Below are positions 1 to 15,067 of a stretch of DNA of 64,000 bases, in pieces (position 1 is the first letter of the stretch; each line of letters starts with the position of its first letter). The position numbers and the translations under genes are program-made. The DNA lies in assembly GCF_009914755.1 (NCBI RefSeq), contig NC_060938.1, one strand, 5' to 3'. This stretch comes from the human T2T-CHM13v2.0 reference genome, Homo sapiens. The notes under the pieces were generated by a model. That model saw nothing but the letters and a program-made list of their open reading frames with translations, ran no database searches and was not told the DNA's origin.

Positions 1-2029
1 TGATCTAATCAACAATAAACTTTCTCAGTAGTCTAAATTCTTCATGAAATCATAGACTATATTTTACTCACTATTATAGCCCTAGTATATAGCAATATTG
101 TTATATGTGAGGTGCTTAATATATAATTTTCCAAGGTATTAATTAACTAATTATATAAATAAATTAAAAACATTTTATGAGAAAGTTTCTCAAATCCTTT
201 TAAGATTATTTGAATATATTCATGTCTGAATATTTCAAGGTTTTTAAAAAATACTACAACACTTATTTGAGTAATCACTAATAAACAAATATTCAGTTTA
301 ATGAGTTCAAATCTATTCCACGTAAGTGAGAAATAGACCAATTAAATAATAAAGCTCCTCATTTTAAATATTTTAATGTAGCAACAAATACTGAGTGGTG
401 CTTAGAGACAATGCACATAGTCTTAGAAATTAAACACATTTAATAAATACCTGTTAAACAAAGACACAAATAAAATAACGAATAGCATTTTTTCATATAG
501 ATCAAAGAAAATGTGAACCCAATTTCTGATCTGATCATTTTATGTAACACATTATCTATGAATATTTCCAATACATTATCTTGACCAATAAGATTAGGGA
601 AGTCGGAAAGAATTCTACCACATTCTTTCCTTGTTCATATTATTCTGCTTAAGTTTTTAAAACTCTAAATAACATAGCATGTAAATAGCATTCTAATGTT
701 GAACATAATCTGCCATAGCATGTTTTGAGCACATTGAAGCTTTATTTGGACAACTTTGATGAAAGCAGTTCTGAATTCATCTAAGCAATATAAGTATTAG
801 AACATAGTACAACATATTTTTTTCTCAATCTTTCTTTCACTTCCATTTAGCTCAACAACCCATAAGCAGAGAGCAAATTTATAGATTATTGTATTTGTAA
901 CAAAATGATAATCATATGCTAAAGGAAATGTCATTTATTAAAAGACAAGTACAGATACCTGCTCAGCTCTTTGTATGAATATCAGAAGACTCTTTGACAT
1001 CTTCCGTCCTGGTTGACGGGGAATATGTTTGCATTTAAATCACTATGTAAGTTTTGACTTGCAATATGAAGAGAAGCTATGATACACTGGAAAGGCATTT
1101 TATACAACCATTTTTATCACAGATTTTCTAACCATGTCTGACACATGGTAGGCATGTTTTATATCAAATCTCTATATTTATATGTATATATCTCTATTTA
1201 TGTCAATATTTATATTCATATGTATTTAATGAGCAAATATATTCTTACTGAAATGATATTTAAAACATAACTATAACTTCTAGTAAATTACAAACAGATT
1301 ATAATTAAATCCTTTCCAACATTATAACTGGATTTAAAGCAAATGAACACCAAAAATACTACAATATCAGAAGGAAAAAGTTCTGCATTATTTCAAGAGA
1401 GCAAATCCTACAAAATGTTTTATTTTAAGGTATTGTGATTATAGTCTTGGACAAAAGTGTTGTAATTAGGCATATAAAATAAGCAACTCTTTATGTAAGC
1501 GTATGCAATGTACCAGCAGGAGAAATAACTCTAGCTGAATAACAAATACCAAGAGCTGGTTTTCAATCATCAGCCAGGTCTCTTTTGTGCTCTCTGCAAT
1601 TAACAGAATAAATTTCTGAGCTTAGAATCATGGGACCACTGCCCAGAATTGAAAGTGCAACTGTGATCATGAATGTTACTTATTTCATAAAGAAATCAAA
1701 TTTCCTACCTCACTCTTATTAACAACCAGCTGTAGGCATTTAGACTCCAGGAGCTGGCATAATATTCTTAGAAACAAATTGAAAACAAAATGCTCCATTT
1801 TATTAACGTAAAGGACATCAAACCTATTAATATGTGTATAACCAAATGAGCATTTCAACAAGTATGTCAACAATTTGGTTTTGCTTTTATATTAAAAGTG
1901 CCAGTATGGCACAATGATATATAACCTGGCATAAGATGATTTGCCCCTGGGAAATAAAGTTCATAAAAGATAATTAGGCTCATTCTGTTTACTTCCAAAT
2001 TAGCCTATGCTATAATGAGGCCAGTAGAA

Positions 2030-2235
2030 ATTAGCAAATCTGTGACCTTAGATTCACTCCTAGTCGGGTCACCAACTTTGGGTGACTTTGGATATGTCAC
2101 TAAAGACTTTGGACTTCTGTGTCATTATTGATAGATGGAAATAGGTTTCAAAACCCTCTCTAGTTTACAGAATAATTTGAGAGAGGATCAAATAGTTTAA
2201 TAAAGGGCTTTCAGGTTAATGTGGTTAGCCACTGC
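2030..2235 (+). mobile_element. Degenerate MIR SINE
   Basis: 'gggtgactttggatatgtcactaaagactttggacttctgtgtcattattgatagatggaaata' aligns loosely to the MIR core (gtgaccttgggcaagttacttaacctctctgagcctcagtttcctcatctgtaaaatggggata). Confidence 0.55.
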
Positions 2236-3399
2236 ATCTGATTAATTTTCTACCATTTTACAATTGAAGTGTACATTATAATACTTAACTGTTTTCTAAG
2301 ATAGCCGTGAGCATTTCAGATCATTACTCACCTGAATTTCCAATGGTTGCCATTTGTGTCAATGTGCATTTAAAGGCTACACATCTAATAATGCAATATA
2401 TCCCAGACAGAAATAGACCAATTACAGTGAATTGCAATTTGAGCTGTGAACCAAGTAATTAGAAGTGGTGGTGACAGGAAGGCAATGGGTCTGGGGTATC
2501 TATGTAACGACGAAGGAATTCCCAGGAAAATCAGCCAAAAAGATTTAATTAATGAAGGCGCATGCCTACTATGGAGAACTTACCTGTATGTAGCATATGT
2601 ATGTGTGTGTGCATGTGTGTAAAATTTTTGAGAATTAGGATTGAATTTTTAAAAGAATGCACAAGGTGGAATGAAATAATACAAAATTATCCAGAATTTA
2701 ATATCTGTATGTGAAAATTGATGTTTATCGGGCTCAACGGAATTTGAATAGACAAATTCTTAAATATAAGTTCTGTTAAATATTTAAGTTTCAAGAAAAA
2801 GAAAAAAAATGCCCTGATTATTTCAGTTCTGAAAATTATCCTGAGGAAATATTTGATGGTATACATAGAAATTTACATATGTATATGATTATCTCAGAAT
2901 GTGTGTAATAATTAAAAAGAAACCAAAAGCACCACAACAGAAAAGATAAAGATTTAATTATCTTATACTATAAAAATACATACATGCAGACACACATACA
3001 CACTCATTATGCTTCCACAGAATATATTCACCATATAGCTGAAAAAAATTACTAGTAGTAAGTATGTTAATAGGTATATATATATATCAGAAAAATTAAA
3101 TTATCAATTTTTTCTTTGTACAGTTTATATTTTTAACTTGATATATATTGCTCTGGTGATATCAACATAAAACTTCTAGTGGTGAAATATTTTATAAAGT
3201 ATTTGCATTAAAATAATTTTTTTTGTTTAATTCAGTGGGGATTGTATATGTTTAAAGGAATTATTAAATAAATCTAGATAGCAGGTAAAAATGGAAAAAA
3301 TAAAATAAAGAAAATGCAGATAAATATACTGTTGGCCTTAAGAGAAAAGACTTTGCTTATAATATTGGTAAATAAAAATTTTATAAGTCAATGTTGTTA

Positions 3400-3770
3400 T
3401 AGGATGATCTCCCTTTTATACTGTTGGTGGAACTATTAGCATTTCTGGAAAGTGATTTGTATATAAACACTAAAAAGTCATTACATTTGGCCTAGTCGTT
3501 CTATCTCTAGAGATTTAAGGTAAGAATATGATCATAGATTTGCATAAATATTTATATATAAGAAGGTTTACTATGGAAACAGTAAAACATTTCAATATAC
3601 AGAAATGGTTGTATTAATTTCTCTCTATTCATAACAGAAAATGTTACAGAAATTAAATTATTGTTGATATTTCTTTCAAAGAGTGACATATAAAATATTT
3701 GTTATATAATGAAAGTATAGGGCGAAAATCTGAATAAACCACACGGTCAAATCCCAATTTTTTTCTTTAA
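3400..3770 (+). mobile_element. Ancient L1 (L1ME-like) 3' fragment
   Basis: 'ctgttggtggaactattagcatttctggaaagtgatttg...ttctatctctagagattta' resembles the ORF2 end/3'UTR of old L1M elements. Confidence 0.5.
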
Positions 3771-3784
3771 TATTTCATGTGACA

Positions 3785-4360
3785 TTTCATCAGAGAAACA
3801 GAACCACCTTGTGTAAAATAAATAAGGAATTTGCCATAGGGGTCAATCCTTATACAGTTGTGGAAGCTGGCAGAGAAGTCTAAGCGAAACCATTGACCCT
3901 GAGTCTGATGATGAGCCCAAAGTCATTATTACAGGTCAGCGGGACTGGCAGTCAGAAAAAAAAAACAACAAAACTGTATGCAAATTGAGGGAGAATTAGG
4001 ACAAATGAAACAAAATGGACGAACTGGAACTTAGGAAAACAAATAGAAACCTATACCTGTCTCTTAGGCGTGACACAGATGACATGCAGGAGAATGTGGA
4101 ATCTTTTGCTATGATGATGCACACACTCTTGGCCCAGGGACTCAACAAGCTGAAGGAGAAAATCTGGTGGGATCAGCGGGCAGATCAGCAGCAAAGTGTG
4201 AGCCCTCATTGTGCTGTGGGCCCTTGCCCTTCCTCCAGATAATCCTTTATCTGCCTTGTCACTTATGCCTTCCAGTTTTGCTGCAATCTCTCTGTGGTCA
4301 AACCTAATTTGGAATCGTGCAAAGAAAGAAATTCCGGAACAGGTAGTTCCAGCTAGGTGG
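3785..4360 (-). mobile_element. Old ERVL/MaLR-class solo LTR (subfamily uncertain)
   Basis: Starts 'cagagaaacagaacca...ggaatttgccatagggg...tacagttgtggaagctgg' and ends 'gaaattccggaacaggtagttcc', typical of reverse-strand old class III LTRs; GC content is above the flanks. Confidence 0.5.
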
Positions 4361-5508
4361 AGTGAGCATGGTATGAAGTGTTCAGAGCTGCATATGTATG
4401 CATTTAAATGCACATGATAATGAGATTAAGTAACAGGCAAAAATAAATCAATAGGTATTTCTTCTGGTGGGATGATAGATAGTAGTTTTATAGTTTGTAT
4501 ATAGTTTCCTACTTTTAGAGCATGTATTTTCTTCTAATCAGAATGAAATAATCTTTGAAAGAAGTTGAATATGTGAATCTATGAATAACTAGATGATGGT
4601 AATTCATAAACGTATTAAACAAAACTAGAGCTAAAAGAATTTCTGTGAGATAAAAAATACCAAAACAAATTAAAAGTGAAAACTCTGGATATCAACAATT
4701 GTGACATAGAGGTGATATTCTAATAAATAAACTCATAAATAAACAATATATGAATGGCTCAGTGATAAAGACAAGTAAAAATAGAAAATACATTGAAGAC
4801 ATACAAATAAACAAGTATTAAATTAGGCTCAATACTAATCAAAATAATTAAAACAAGATTTTGAAAAATGAATCAAATTATAAACTCTCTAAAAAAAATG
4901 GTTCCCATTAATGAGAATTTGATTAAATGAAACACATTCTCAGTCACTGCTGGTAAAAGCAAATTTGCTGTAATTGTTTAAAGAAATACAAGAAGTTATG
5001 TACAGTCAGATGTAAGACAGTTTTATATTATTGACAAAATCTCTTCCAAGGATCTCTGTTAAGGAAATTTTCAGAATTTCAGATATTTTCCTAACTTGCC
5101 AGGGAAAAAAATAATTTCTTTATTGACTTTCATAAGTATAGTAAAAGAAAGAAAACCTTCAGCTTAAGGTAATCTGAGATGCATTTTTAGCTAAGCTACT
5201 GGGAAATTTGATGTAATCAATAATGTGGAAGGACACTTAGATGCTTCATAATCCAATTAACTCATTTTAAAGTGGCAAATTGGGACCGAACTCTCTATAA
5301 ATTTATATTTAAAGCACTGTCCAAATAGAGAGTTCAAGATCAACCCAAGAAAAGAGTCACCACGTTACCTCCGACACTTTGAAACCTAAATGTATTATTA
5401 TAAACAACAACAGTCTGTAATCTTGTTTCATAGAATTACCAGCAACGCCGTAAAAATGTGAACACAGTAAGACATTATAAACAACAGTACAATGACACCA
5501 CAGAAATT

Positions 5509-5511
<3 letters not shown>

Positions 5512-5540
<29 letters not shown>
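5512..5540. repeat. (CA)n microsatellite
   Basis: About 14 CA units read directly. Confidence 0.97.
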
Positions 5541-5543
<3 letters not shown>

Positions 5544-5666
5544 TTTTAAAAAAATACTGCAGGTCTTCATGTGAAATAAAATAATAAAGAATAAAACCCA
5601 TGTATATTACTCTTTGTTGTCAACACAGGAGGCAAAGTGATTACATCAGAATATTTTCACTGAATA

Positions 5667-5832
5667 TTTTTCATGTGTCTTGTTTTGATGGTGAGGTGAG
5701 GGCTCTTGTTCTGATATCACTATCAGAACAGAGAGTGATCTGTTATCACTATCTGTTATCTGATATCACTAACAGATAGTGAAATCAGAACAAGAGCCCT
5801 CACCTCACCATCAAAACAAGACATGTGAAAAA
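5667..5832. repeat. Inverted repeat, 58-bp arms, 50-bp spacer
   Basis: 5667-5724 is the reverse complement of 5775-5832 with 3 mismatches. Confidence 0.95.
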
Positions 5833-5848
5833 AGGATCTAACTTTAGT

Positions 5849-5932
5849 ACATCCTTCCATGACAAAGCAGTTCAGTATCTTGCTTAATTTACATCCTTCC
5901 ATGACAAAGCAATTCAATATCTTGCTTAATTT
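5849..5932. repeat. 42-bp tandem duplication
   Basis: acatccttccatgacaaagca(g/a)ttca(g/a)tatcttgcttaattt occurs twice (5849-5890, 5891-5932) with 2 mismatches. Confidence 0.95.
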
Positions 5933-8018
5933 CATCCCATTACCTAAGTGCCAATCTTTTCTCAGCTCCTTACAAATAGGTGCTACCTAGTTGTGAAGCA
6001 AATTTGGTGCTGGCAATCAGATTCTCTTCACATTAAGTTCCTATTGAGGTACTGCACAAATGGCTTCACTCCTCTGAGCAAACACGCTCCAGCAAGATGG
6101 ATTTCAGGACTTGCTTTGGTTAGCATTGATGGGTTGCCCACAAACTCCAGTAGTCCATACGTTGTTGTAGCAGCAGTAGGGGCAAGTATCTTGTGAGCAA
6201 GGTGAGGTAGATGATGAGCACAGAATATTCTACTTTACTCACATAAAACTGGAAGTATCCCCATTTCAGGATCTGTGATCTTTTAATCTAGTTTTGTGTG
6301 ACAAATATTTGATCTGTTCTGCTTGCCATGGATTAATACCTCAATCAGCAACCTCTGCAGAAAAGATAATGAATCAATATCTCCAGTTATTAGCTGTACA
6401 TTATTATCTTAAGAAGAAAAAGAAAGAAGAAAGAAAACAGGACAAATCAGACGAGATTATTTTTATTTTGTATTTCCAAGTTGACGGTTCTCTCCTGCAG
6501 ATTTTTCGCTGAGTTGCACCTGCTTACCAATTACAGCTTAATCATGTCCTTTGGAGCTTGCAGTGCTCATTAGCATTCTACATTTCCCCCGAACTTTGAT
6601 GTCAAAACAAAGCTGCATCCCTCATACCTGGAGGTCTAGTAAATGTCTAAGTGGGCTCAGACAGGGATCTAAATATCAAAGGCAAAACAAGAGACGAACC
6701 AAATCCCTGGCTCATTTTACTTGAACTTAAAAGATTTCCTTTAATTTTTAGGCTTTCATGGATTATCCACTACTAGAGGATGCTATTTTCAGGAGAAGAT
6801 TAATCTTGTACATTGCATACACTCTTGTTCAAAAATCTGGCTGGCTGAGTGAAAACAGCAAGGAGTAGAACAAGAGTGCCTCAAGCCCTTTGGAGGAAGT
6901 CTATAGCAATTAGGCCAGAGGGAAATCTAATTTGGATTATGATATTTTACCCAGTGGAAAAATGCAGAGGGCGAATAAGGAATTTTGCTGAGTTTTGTGC
7001 CTTTCCTGGCCTTTAGTTTTGCTAAGGTTTTAGAGGTTGAACATCTGTACCTACATTTGCTCTTTGGAATTGGAGACTACCAATGAACATATATACTACA
7101 AATACTGGGGTATCACGTTAGAAGAACTACTACAAGTAAAATAAGACACCTACCTAAAAGGTGTTTTGCTTAAATGTTCAGTTTTTTCTGCATTACCGGT
7201 AAGTACCTAGTGTGTGAAACTGCTCCATGGAATCCTTTGGGAGAAGATGCTGATGAAAAGGAGAGCATTAGTTGTATTGTTAATACAACTATACAGCAGA
7301 CAACACTAACTGCCCTAGTGACAAGCTTACAGGTCTTCCTAACAGTGAACGAATCACTACATACTATAGTGTACTTAAGCACTGCTTGTCTACTTTCTAA
7401 TGGAAAATATTTGTTTCTGCTTTCAGGTATATGTTCATTAAGTCAGGAATTTAGAAAAAGCAGAAATAAGCTCTCCACCAAGGAAAAACCACTGCAAACA
7501 ATTTGGTATATGACATTCAATTCTTTCTTCTCTCCATGTATTTCATGTGTTATGTGAAGATATACCTGAGTGTATTTAAAGTCATATGTCCTTACTAGTT
7601 CCAATTTTTTTACTTATATCATTTCAGCAATATTTAAATATTCATCTAGAAAAAATAGAGTTACATTATATTATACCAAATAGCTTAGGAATTATTTATA
7701 TTGTGTAGGTTTAACCAAGTATTTAATATATGATGTTTTTTCCCCAATTTTCTACTTAAATAAACATTATTTTTCATGAGGAAGAAATGCCCAGTAAGGA
7801 GATTATCAGATATACTAGCATTTTTAACATTTATGTACCTCAGTTGCCCTTCAGGGTTTATAATTTACAATTATAAGAATTATTTTTTAAAAAATGCTTA
7901 ATTACAGTAATTTTTATTAGTCTGGTTGTTTAATATATTTGTTACAAATTTCCAACTTTTCTATATACATTTAATTTCAACTTTTCTGGTTAGTTCTCTT
8001 ACTCTACATGTGATTTGT

Positions 8019-8767
8019 TTTAAATTTTTTTAATTATATTTTAAGTTCTGGGATACATGTGCAGAATGTGCAGGTTTGTTACATAGGTATACATGTGCCA
8101 CGGTGATTTCCTGCACCCATCAACCCGTCATCTATATTAGGTGTTTCTCCTAATGCTATCCCTCCCATTATCCCCCACTCCCTCACAAGCCCCAGTGTGT
8201 GATGTTCCCCTCCCTGTGCCCACATGTTCTGATTGTTCAACTCCCACTTATGAGTGAGAACATGCGGTGTTTGTTTTTCTGTTCCTGTGTTAGTTTGCTG
8301 AGAATGATAATTTCTAGCTTCATCTATGTCCCTGCAAAGGACAAAAACTCATTCTTTTTTATGGCTACATAGTATTCCATGGTATATATGTCCCACATTT
8401 TCTTCATCCAGTCTGATATCGATGGGCATTTGGGTTGGTTCCAAGTCTTTGCTATTGTGAATAGTGCTGCAATAAACATACATGTGTATGTGTCTTTATA
8501 GTAGAATGATTTATAATCCTTTGGATATATACCCAGAAATGGGATTGCTGGGTCAAATGCTATTTCTACTTCTAGATGCTTGAAGAATCACCACACTGTT
8601 TTTCACAATGGTTGAACTAATTTACACTCCCACCAACAGTGTAAAAGCATTCCTATTTCTCCACATCCTCTCCGGGATCTGTTGTTTCCTGACTTTAATG
8701 ATTGCCATTCTAACTGGTATGAGATAGTATCTCATTGTGGTTTTTTTTTGCGTTTCTCTAATGACCA
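8019..8767 (-). mobile_element. L1PA7/8-like LINE-1 3' end (non-inverted part of a 5'-inverted L1)
   Basis: T-rich tail, then 'ttaagttctgggatacatgtgcagaatgtgcaggtttgttacataggtatacatgtgcc' (reverse L1PA7-type 3'UTR), running into the ORF2 C-terminus. Confidence 0.92.
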
Positions 8768-10361
<1,594 letters not shown>

Positions 10362-10365
10362 TTGT

Positions 10366-10560
10366 AAGAACACTTATTTCTTCTCTCTTGAAATAATTTT
10401 GGACCGTGTTTTGTGTGACATAAGACAAGTAAGTAGCCTCTTGGTGCCTTAGTTTTCTCATTTTTAAAATAGAGAATAATAATACCTGTTAGTGTTGGGT
10501 CTTTGATGCTATTCAGGATAAATTTATGTGAAGACAAGGTTATCTGAGTATTATTTTGAT
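10366..10560 (+). mobile_element. MIR SINE
   Basis: 'tgtgtgacataagacaagtaagtagcctcttggtgccttagttttctcatttttaaaatagagaataataatacc' matches the MIR core. Confidence 0.75.
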
Positions 10561-11169
10561 TTGTATACAAATTTTCTAAATGCCTACTCTTCTTAAAACT
10601 TTTATATTCAAGCTCTGATTTTTATTATTCTACTTAAAAGTCTAAGATATTTTAAGGATATTTCTAAATGGCCTTTGAATAATGTTCAGCATCATTAATA
10701 TACAAAGTTAATTAAGCCCATATATTTTAAATTAAATGTATGATATTTGATTTCATTTTAAATATATAATTACCTAAATTAAAACATTTACAGATAAGTA
10801 ATTACTGAAAGTACAATAAGACAATAAATATGGTAAATCATGTTATTAGAAGCATTATAATACTGTGTATCAACAATAACATTTTAAATAAAAATTAAAA
10901 GTAAATAGAATAGCAAACAACATATTTTATAAGGCTATTACATTAAATTTATAGGTTAAGTTCTTTAAAAATAACTATTTGGATCTAATTTATCTAATTG
11001 CATAGATTTATGTCTTTCAGGATGCTAATAAATTTTTTTTAGATATCTCTATACTTAATTCTAAATTTTTCTGACTTTCAATTTGCTCTTTCATAAAGTA
11101 TATAATTATATTTGGGGGCATACCTTGTCAGTGTAATATATTTAGTCTCTTATTTTAAAAAGTTACTCC

Positions 11170-11765
11170 ACTTCAATATTAAAATACCATAAAATTGACT
11201 CTTGTGACCTATAGTCCTGTGAGTTTTTATACAGGAATAGAATCATGTAACACCACCACAATCAGGTTAGAGAATATTTTCATCAGTGCTTACCCCAAAA
11301 TTCCCTCATGCTGATCTTTTTAGTAATACATTTCCTCCATACTCAACCCCTGGAAACCAGCCATCTGTTCTGTCACTATAATTTTGCTTTTTCTAGAATA
11401 TCATTTATAAGAATTCTTATATTAAAATATTTATTTGTTAAGACTGGTTTATTTCTTTAGCATCATATCTTTGAGATTCATCCCTGTCGTTGTTTATCAA
11501 TAGTTCTTTCCTTTTCATTCTTGATTAATATTCCATTGTATGGACCTCTCACAGTTTCTTTATTCCTTTGCCATTGAAGGACTTTTGGGTTGTTCCCAAA
11601 TGTGGATGATTATGAATAAAACCACGATGAATATTTTGTGTGTGGATTTTCCATGAAGATAAGTGTTTATTTACCTAAGGTGGATAACCAGCAGTGGGAT
11701 TACTCCATCCCTGGGAAACCGTAGGTGTAGCATTAATAGAACTTTTCAGTGAAACTATCCAGTTT
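11170..11765 (-). mobile_element. Ancient L1 (L1MC/MD/ME-type) 3' fragment
   Basis: 'catgtaacaccaccacaatcagg...ccccaaaattccctcatgctg...ttgagattcatcc...attccattgtatgg' is the reverse L1M 3'UTR. Confidence 0.8.
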
Positions 11766-12145
11766 TAAAGGAAGTTTTTCTTATAGATCTATTAAGTGAA
11801 GCCTGTGAGACTAATGCTTCTCATTACCTTATTTTTAGGTCAAATTAGTGTTAGTATCATCAATCCAGATAGCTCTACCATTTTATAGAATTCAACTAAT
11901 ATATTTACTGGTTGTGATTCTGAATTTGGTTCTTAATTTTTCTATATATTAGGACCATTACTACCAAAGACATTTCAAGGATATCTGATTGGAACCTGTC
12001 AACTACGAAGCTACAATGGTCTCTTTGGTCACACATTATAATATGCACATTTCTGCTTAAGGGTATGATGAATGAATGTAATCACTGTGCTTAGAACAAT
12101 GTCTAACAAATCAGAATTTCGAACTATATTGGCTATTATGATTGA

Positions 12146-12512
12146 CGTATTAGTCTGTTCTCACACTGCTAATAAAGACATACCTGAGACTAGGTAACTT
12201 ACAAAGGAAAGAGGTTTAATTTTCTCACAGTTCCACGTGGCTGGGGAGGCCTCAAGAAAACTTAGAATCATGGCGGAAGTCTCCTTTTCACAGGGCGGCA
12301 GGAGAGGGAATGAGTGCCAGCAGGGGAAATGCCAGACGCTTATAAAACCATCAGATCTCTTGGGACTTACTCACTTATCATGAGAACAGCATGGGGGAAA
12401 TGACCCCCATGATCCAATTACCTCCACCTGATCCCACCCTTGACACGTGGGGATTATAGGGATTACAATATGAGGTGAGATTTGGGTGGGGACACAGAAC
12501 CAAACCATATCA
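12146..12512 (-). mobile_element. THE1D-like MaLR solo LTR
   Basis: Complete LTR from 'gtattagtctgttctcacactgct' to 'caaaccatatca', with 'gagtgccagcaggggaaatgccagacgcttataaaacc'. Confidence 0.92.
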
Positions 12513-13489
12513 ACTAGCTATAACTTTATTTTTTTATCTGAAGTATAATCTTGACTTCTAAGACTTAACAATCTGTTTCTATAAAAGGACAATTTGACTT
12601 TATAGAACAAATTGTAGCAGCTCTAGCCTCCACTAACCAATTAGAGCAGAAAATTGGCTCTTAAGAAAGGACATCCAGTTATTTGCTTGATTTATGAAGG
12701 GCTTTCCTCACATATGCCCACCAACTAACTTTTTATTCTTTCTTTCCTATTCCTACTCCTAGTAAGGCACTTGACATAAAATCATGGCATTGACCACTGG
12801 CCAGTCTAATGACTGTAATGTGTCTGTGTGCCAAGGGTACTGACTTTGGCTTTGCCAAAATCTTCCCACTCTCAGAGGGCTGCTAGAGGCAGGTCAGAGA
12901 GGCCTTTTTCCCACTCTGTCACCTATAGCTTAAGGACACTTTACTGTGTCCACAGTGTCAAAGTCCATTTTGAACAACTTTGTCTGTTTTGAGTACTTTC
13001 TTTTGTTCTCATAGCAGACCAAAAAATTGTCTAGGATCAGCAAATGATGAGATATAATTCCTTAAACTCCATTTTGTTTGAGTTTCCTTCTCCTCTGCTG
13101 TTTCCTTGTCTTCTCCTTCCTTCCCAAGCCAAATTACCCCATCTTTCTCTGATTAAAAACAAACAACCTTTTTTTTAATGACACAAACGATCAAAACCTT
13201 TTAATGGCTATAAACACATTCTGGGAAAGTAAATTGACCCTCCATTAGTATAACCTACTTAAATATTTTTAAAAGATTCATAGCTATACCCTTTCACATT
13301 TCTTTGCTCATAAAGTCTTATTCATTTTCTCAACAATTTTATTAAATGGTCTTTTTAATTTACCATTCAATAAAATTATTTCTGTAGTGTTTATATAATT
13401 TGCCATTATGTAACAAGCATACACCTGAATTCAGTGAGAGAAATATTGACTATTGAATAAATGATGTTGAGACTAATACTAACCCATTT

Positions 13490-13800
13490 TAAAAATATAT
13501 TGTTGGATTGGATTTCTATATAAAAACATGTTGCAAAGTAGTTTGCAGCTCAATCAGAAAAGTTAAATACATAAATCTAAAATAAAAATGAAAAAATCTG
13601 TGAATAATTATTTTTATCTTAGTTTGATGACTGCTTTTCTACCTATAAAAGTAAAAGAAGAAATAGCAAGATTAAGACTGATGGCTCTGTGTATGTGAAA
13701 ATTTGCAAAGGAAATAAGAATAATTAATTGCTCACAGAACATTTGTGTTAAAAATAAGCAAAATTAAATAGCAAGCAAACATATGTGATACGCAGATATA
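13490..13800 (+). mobile_element. Ancient L1 ORF2 fragment (L1ME-like)
   Basis: A-rich degenerate match to late ORF2. Confidence 0.4.
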
Positions 13801-14719
13801 TCTCTGATCAGTCATTTCATTATATGCCATCATTTTATTTATTTCTATTTTACTATTAAGATTTTCATTAAATTATAGTATAAATTTAAAGATTTGGGGT
13901 TTAAGCCTTATACCCTTGTTTCTTTTCAAATAGCTGTGCTATTCTTAATTCTAAATCTTTTGAACTATCACCTTCCCTTTAAAAAAAAAAATAAAACCAA
14001 TGCCTTACAAAGTTTTCATTGAAAGAAGAACATTTATACAGACAAGAGCATTTAGAACTTTTAGGGAAGCCTGTCCCATGATTGGTTTTTCCATAGGATA
14101 CTTCTCATTTATTCTTGGAACAATAATAATTGGTGTCAGGTAAGTTAGGTGATAAATAACTGAATGTCAAACCTTAGATGATTTGTGGCTCATGTTTTAT
14201 GTTAGGAATATATATATATCTATGCATCTAACTATCTCTCCATATGTGTAAATTATTCTTTCAGCGCTAACCTTAGAAGGAGTGGCATTTATTTAGTTTG
14301 TGTATTTAGTTTATTACATTTTTTCAAGGAGGCATATAATTAAAAATTCAGGTCAAGTAAGGTTTTATCCTCAAAGTCTGTCTCAGTTTTCCCAAACAGA
14401 ATTGAATCCTGTGTTTTCATAGAATGCTTTTTTATCTCTGTCATAACTAATAACTCTCCACTGTATAGTTAGATCTGTAATTGTCTGGGTTACACAGACG
14501 ACCATGATAAACTGGAAAATAGATTCTAGTTTGTTTACTTTTGTATGTTATACTACTTATAAACTATTTTGCAGATGATAGGCCCTTGATACACAATTGT
14601 TTAGTTGAAATAAGTTTTTAAGAATCTCATTGGCTATTGTCTAATTTTCAACCTTGGTTTAGAAAATTAAATTATGAACACTTGAGACCTAAGTTTGAAT
14701 TTCAATTTTAATATTTTCA

Positions 14720-14910
14720 AATTGACACCACTCTGGGCATTATATTTGGTCCCGGTGAAAACATAACATAAAAGAGATCTATACCTTTATTTCATGATCT
14801 CGTGTTCTAGATGGGTAAGAAAATCAATAAATATAATAAATATATAAGACATGGTATTTTAGAAGAGGATAAATGTTCTGGAAAATAAAGAACTAGAATA
14901 AAGTAAGGCA
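14720..14910 (-). mobile_element. L2 fragment
   Basis: 'ctctgggcattatatttggtcc...ttcatgatctcgtgttctagatggg...gataaatgttctggaaaataa' resembles a reverse L2 3' region. Confidence 0.55.
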
Positions 14911-15067
14911 TTTTCAATCATGCTGAGTCCTACTTCACAAAATTATTATTGCTACGTTGTTTACTACATTTGGTAGGTGCCATATGTACTGCAGCTTTCC
15001 GGAATGGCCTTTTCTCCAATTCTCTCTCTCTGAAAATATGACATATTAATTCATTCATGTATCCTTT

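Noticed and set aside
851-1046. Plus-strand acceptor/donor pair
   Set aside because: Stops in all three frames and no other support.
4015-4417. Overlapping 68-120 aa ORFs
   Set aside because: They lie in an old LTR-like segment with no recognisable domain.
5369-5385. 17-nt minus-strand microexon-like segment (tttag|...ag|gtaacg)
   Set aside because: Not frame-preserving and the pyrimidine tract is poor.
7174-7557. 127-aa ORF and a 10-bp stem-loop at 7269-7291
   Set aside because: No recognisable homology; a 10-bp AT-rich stem is expected by chance in 64 kb.
7868-8014. Possible ~130-bp 3' transduction of the L1PA7 (minus AATAAA at 7913-7918, flank resembling 10362-10380)
   Set aside because: The match needs a 3-bp gap. 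A short TSD at a MIR head explains the flanks more simply, and AATAAA is common in this AT-rich DNA.
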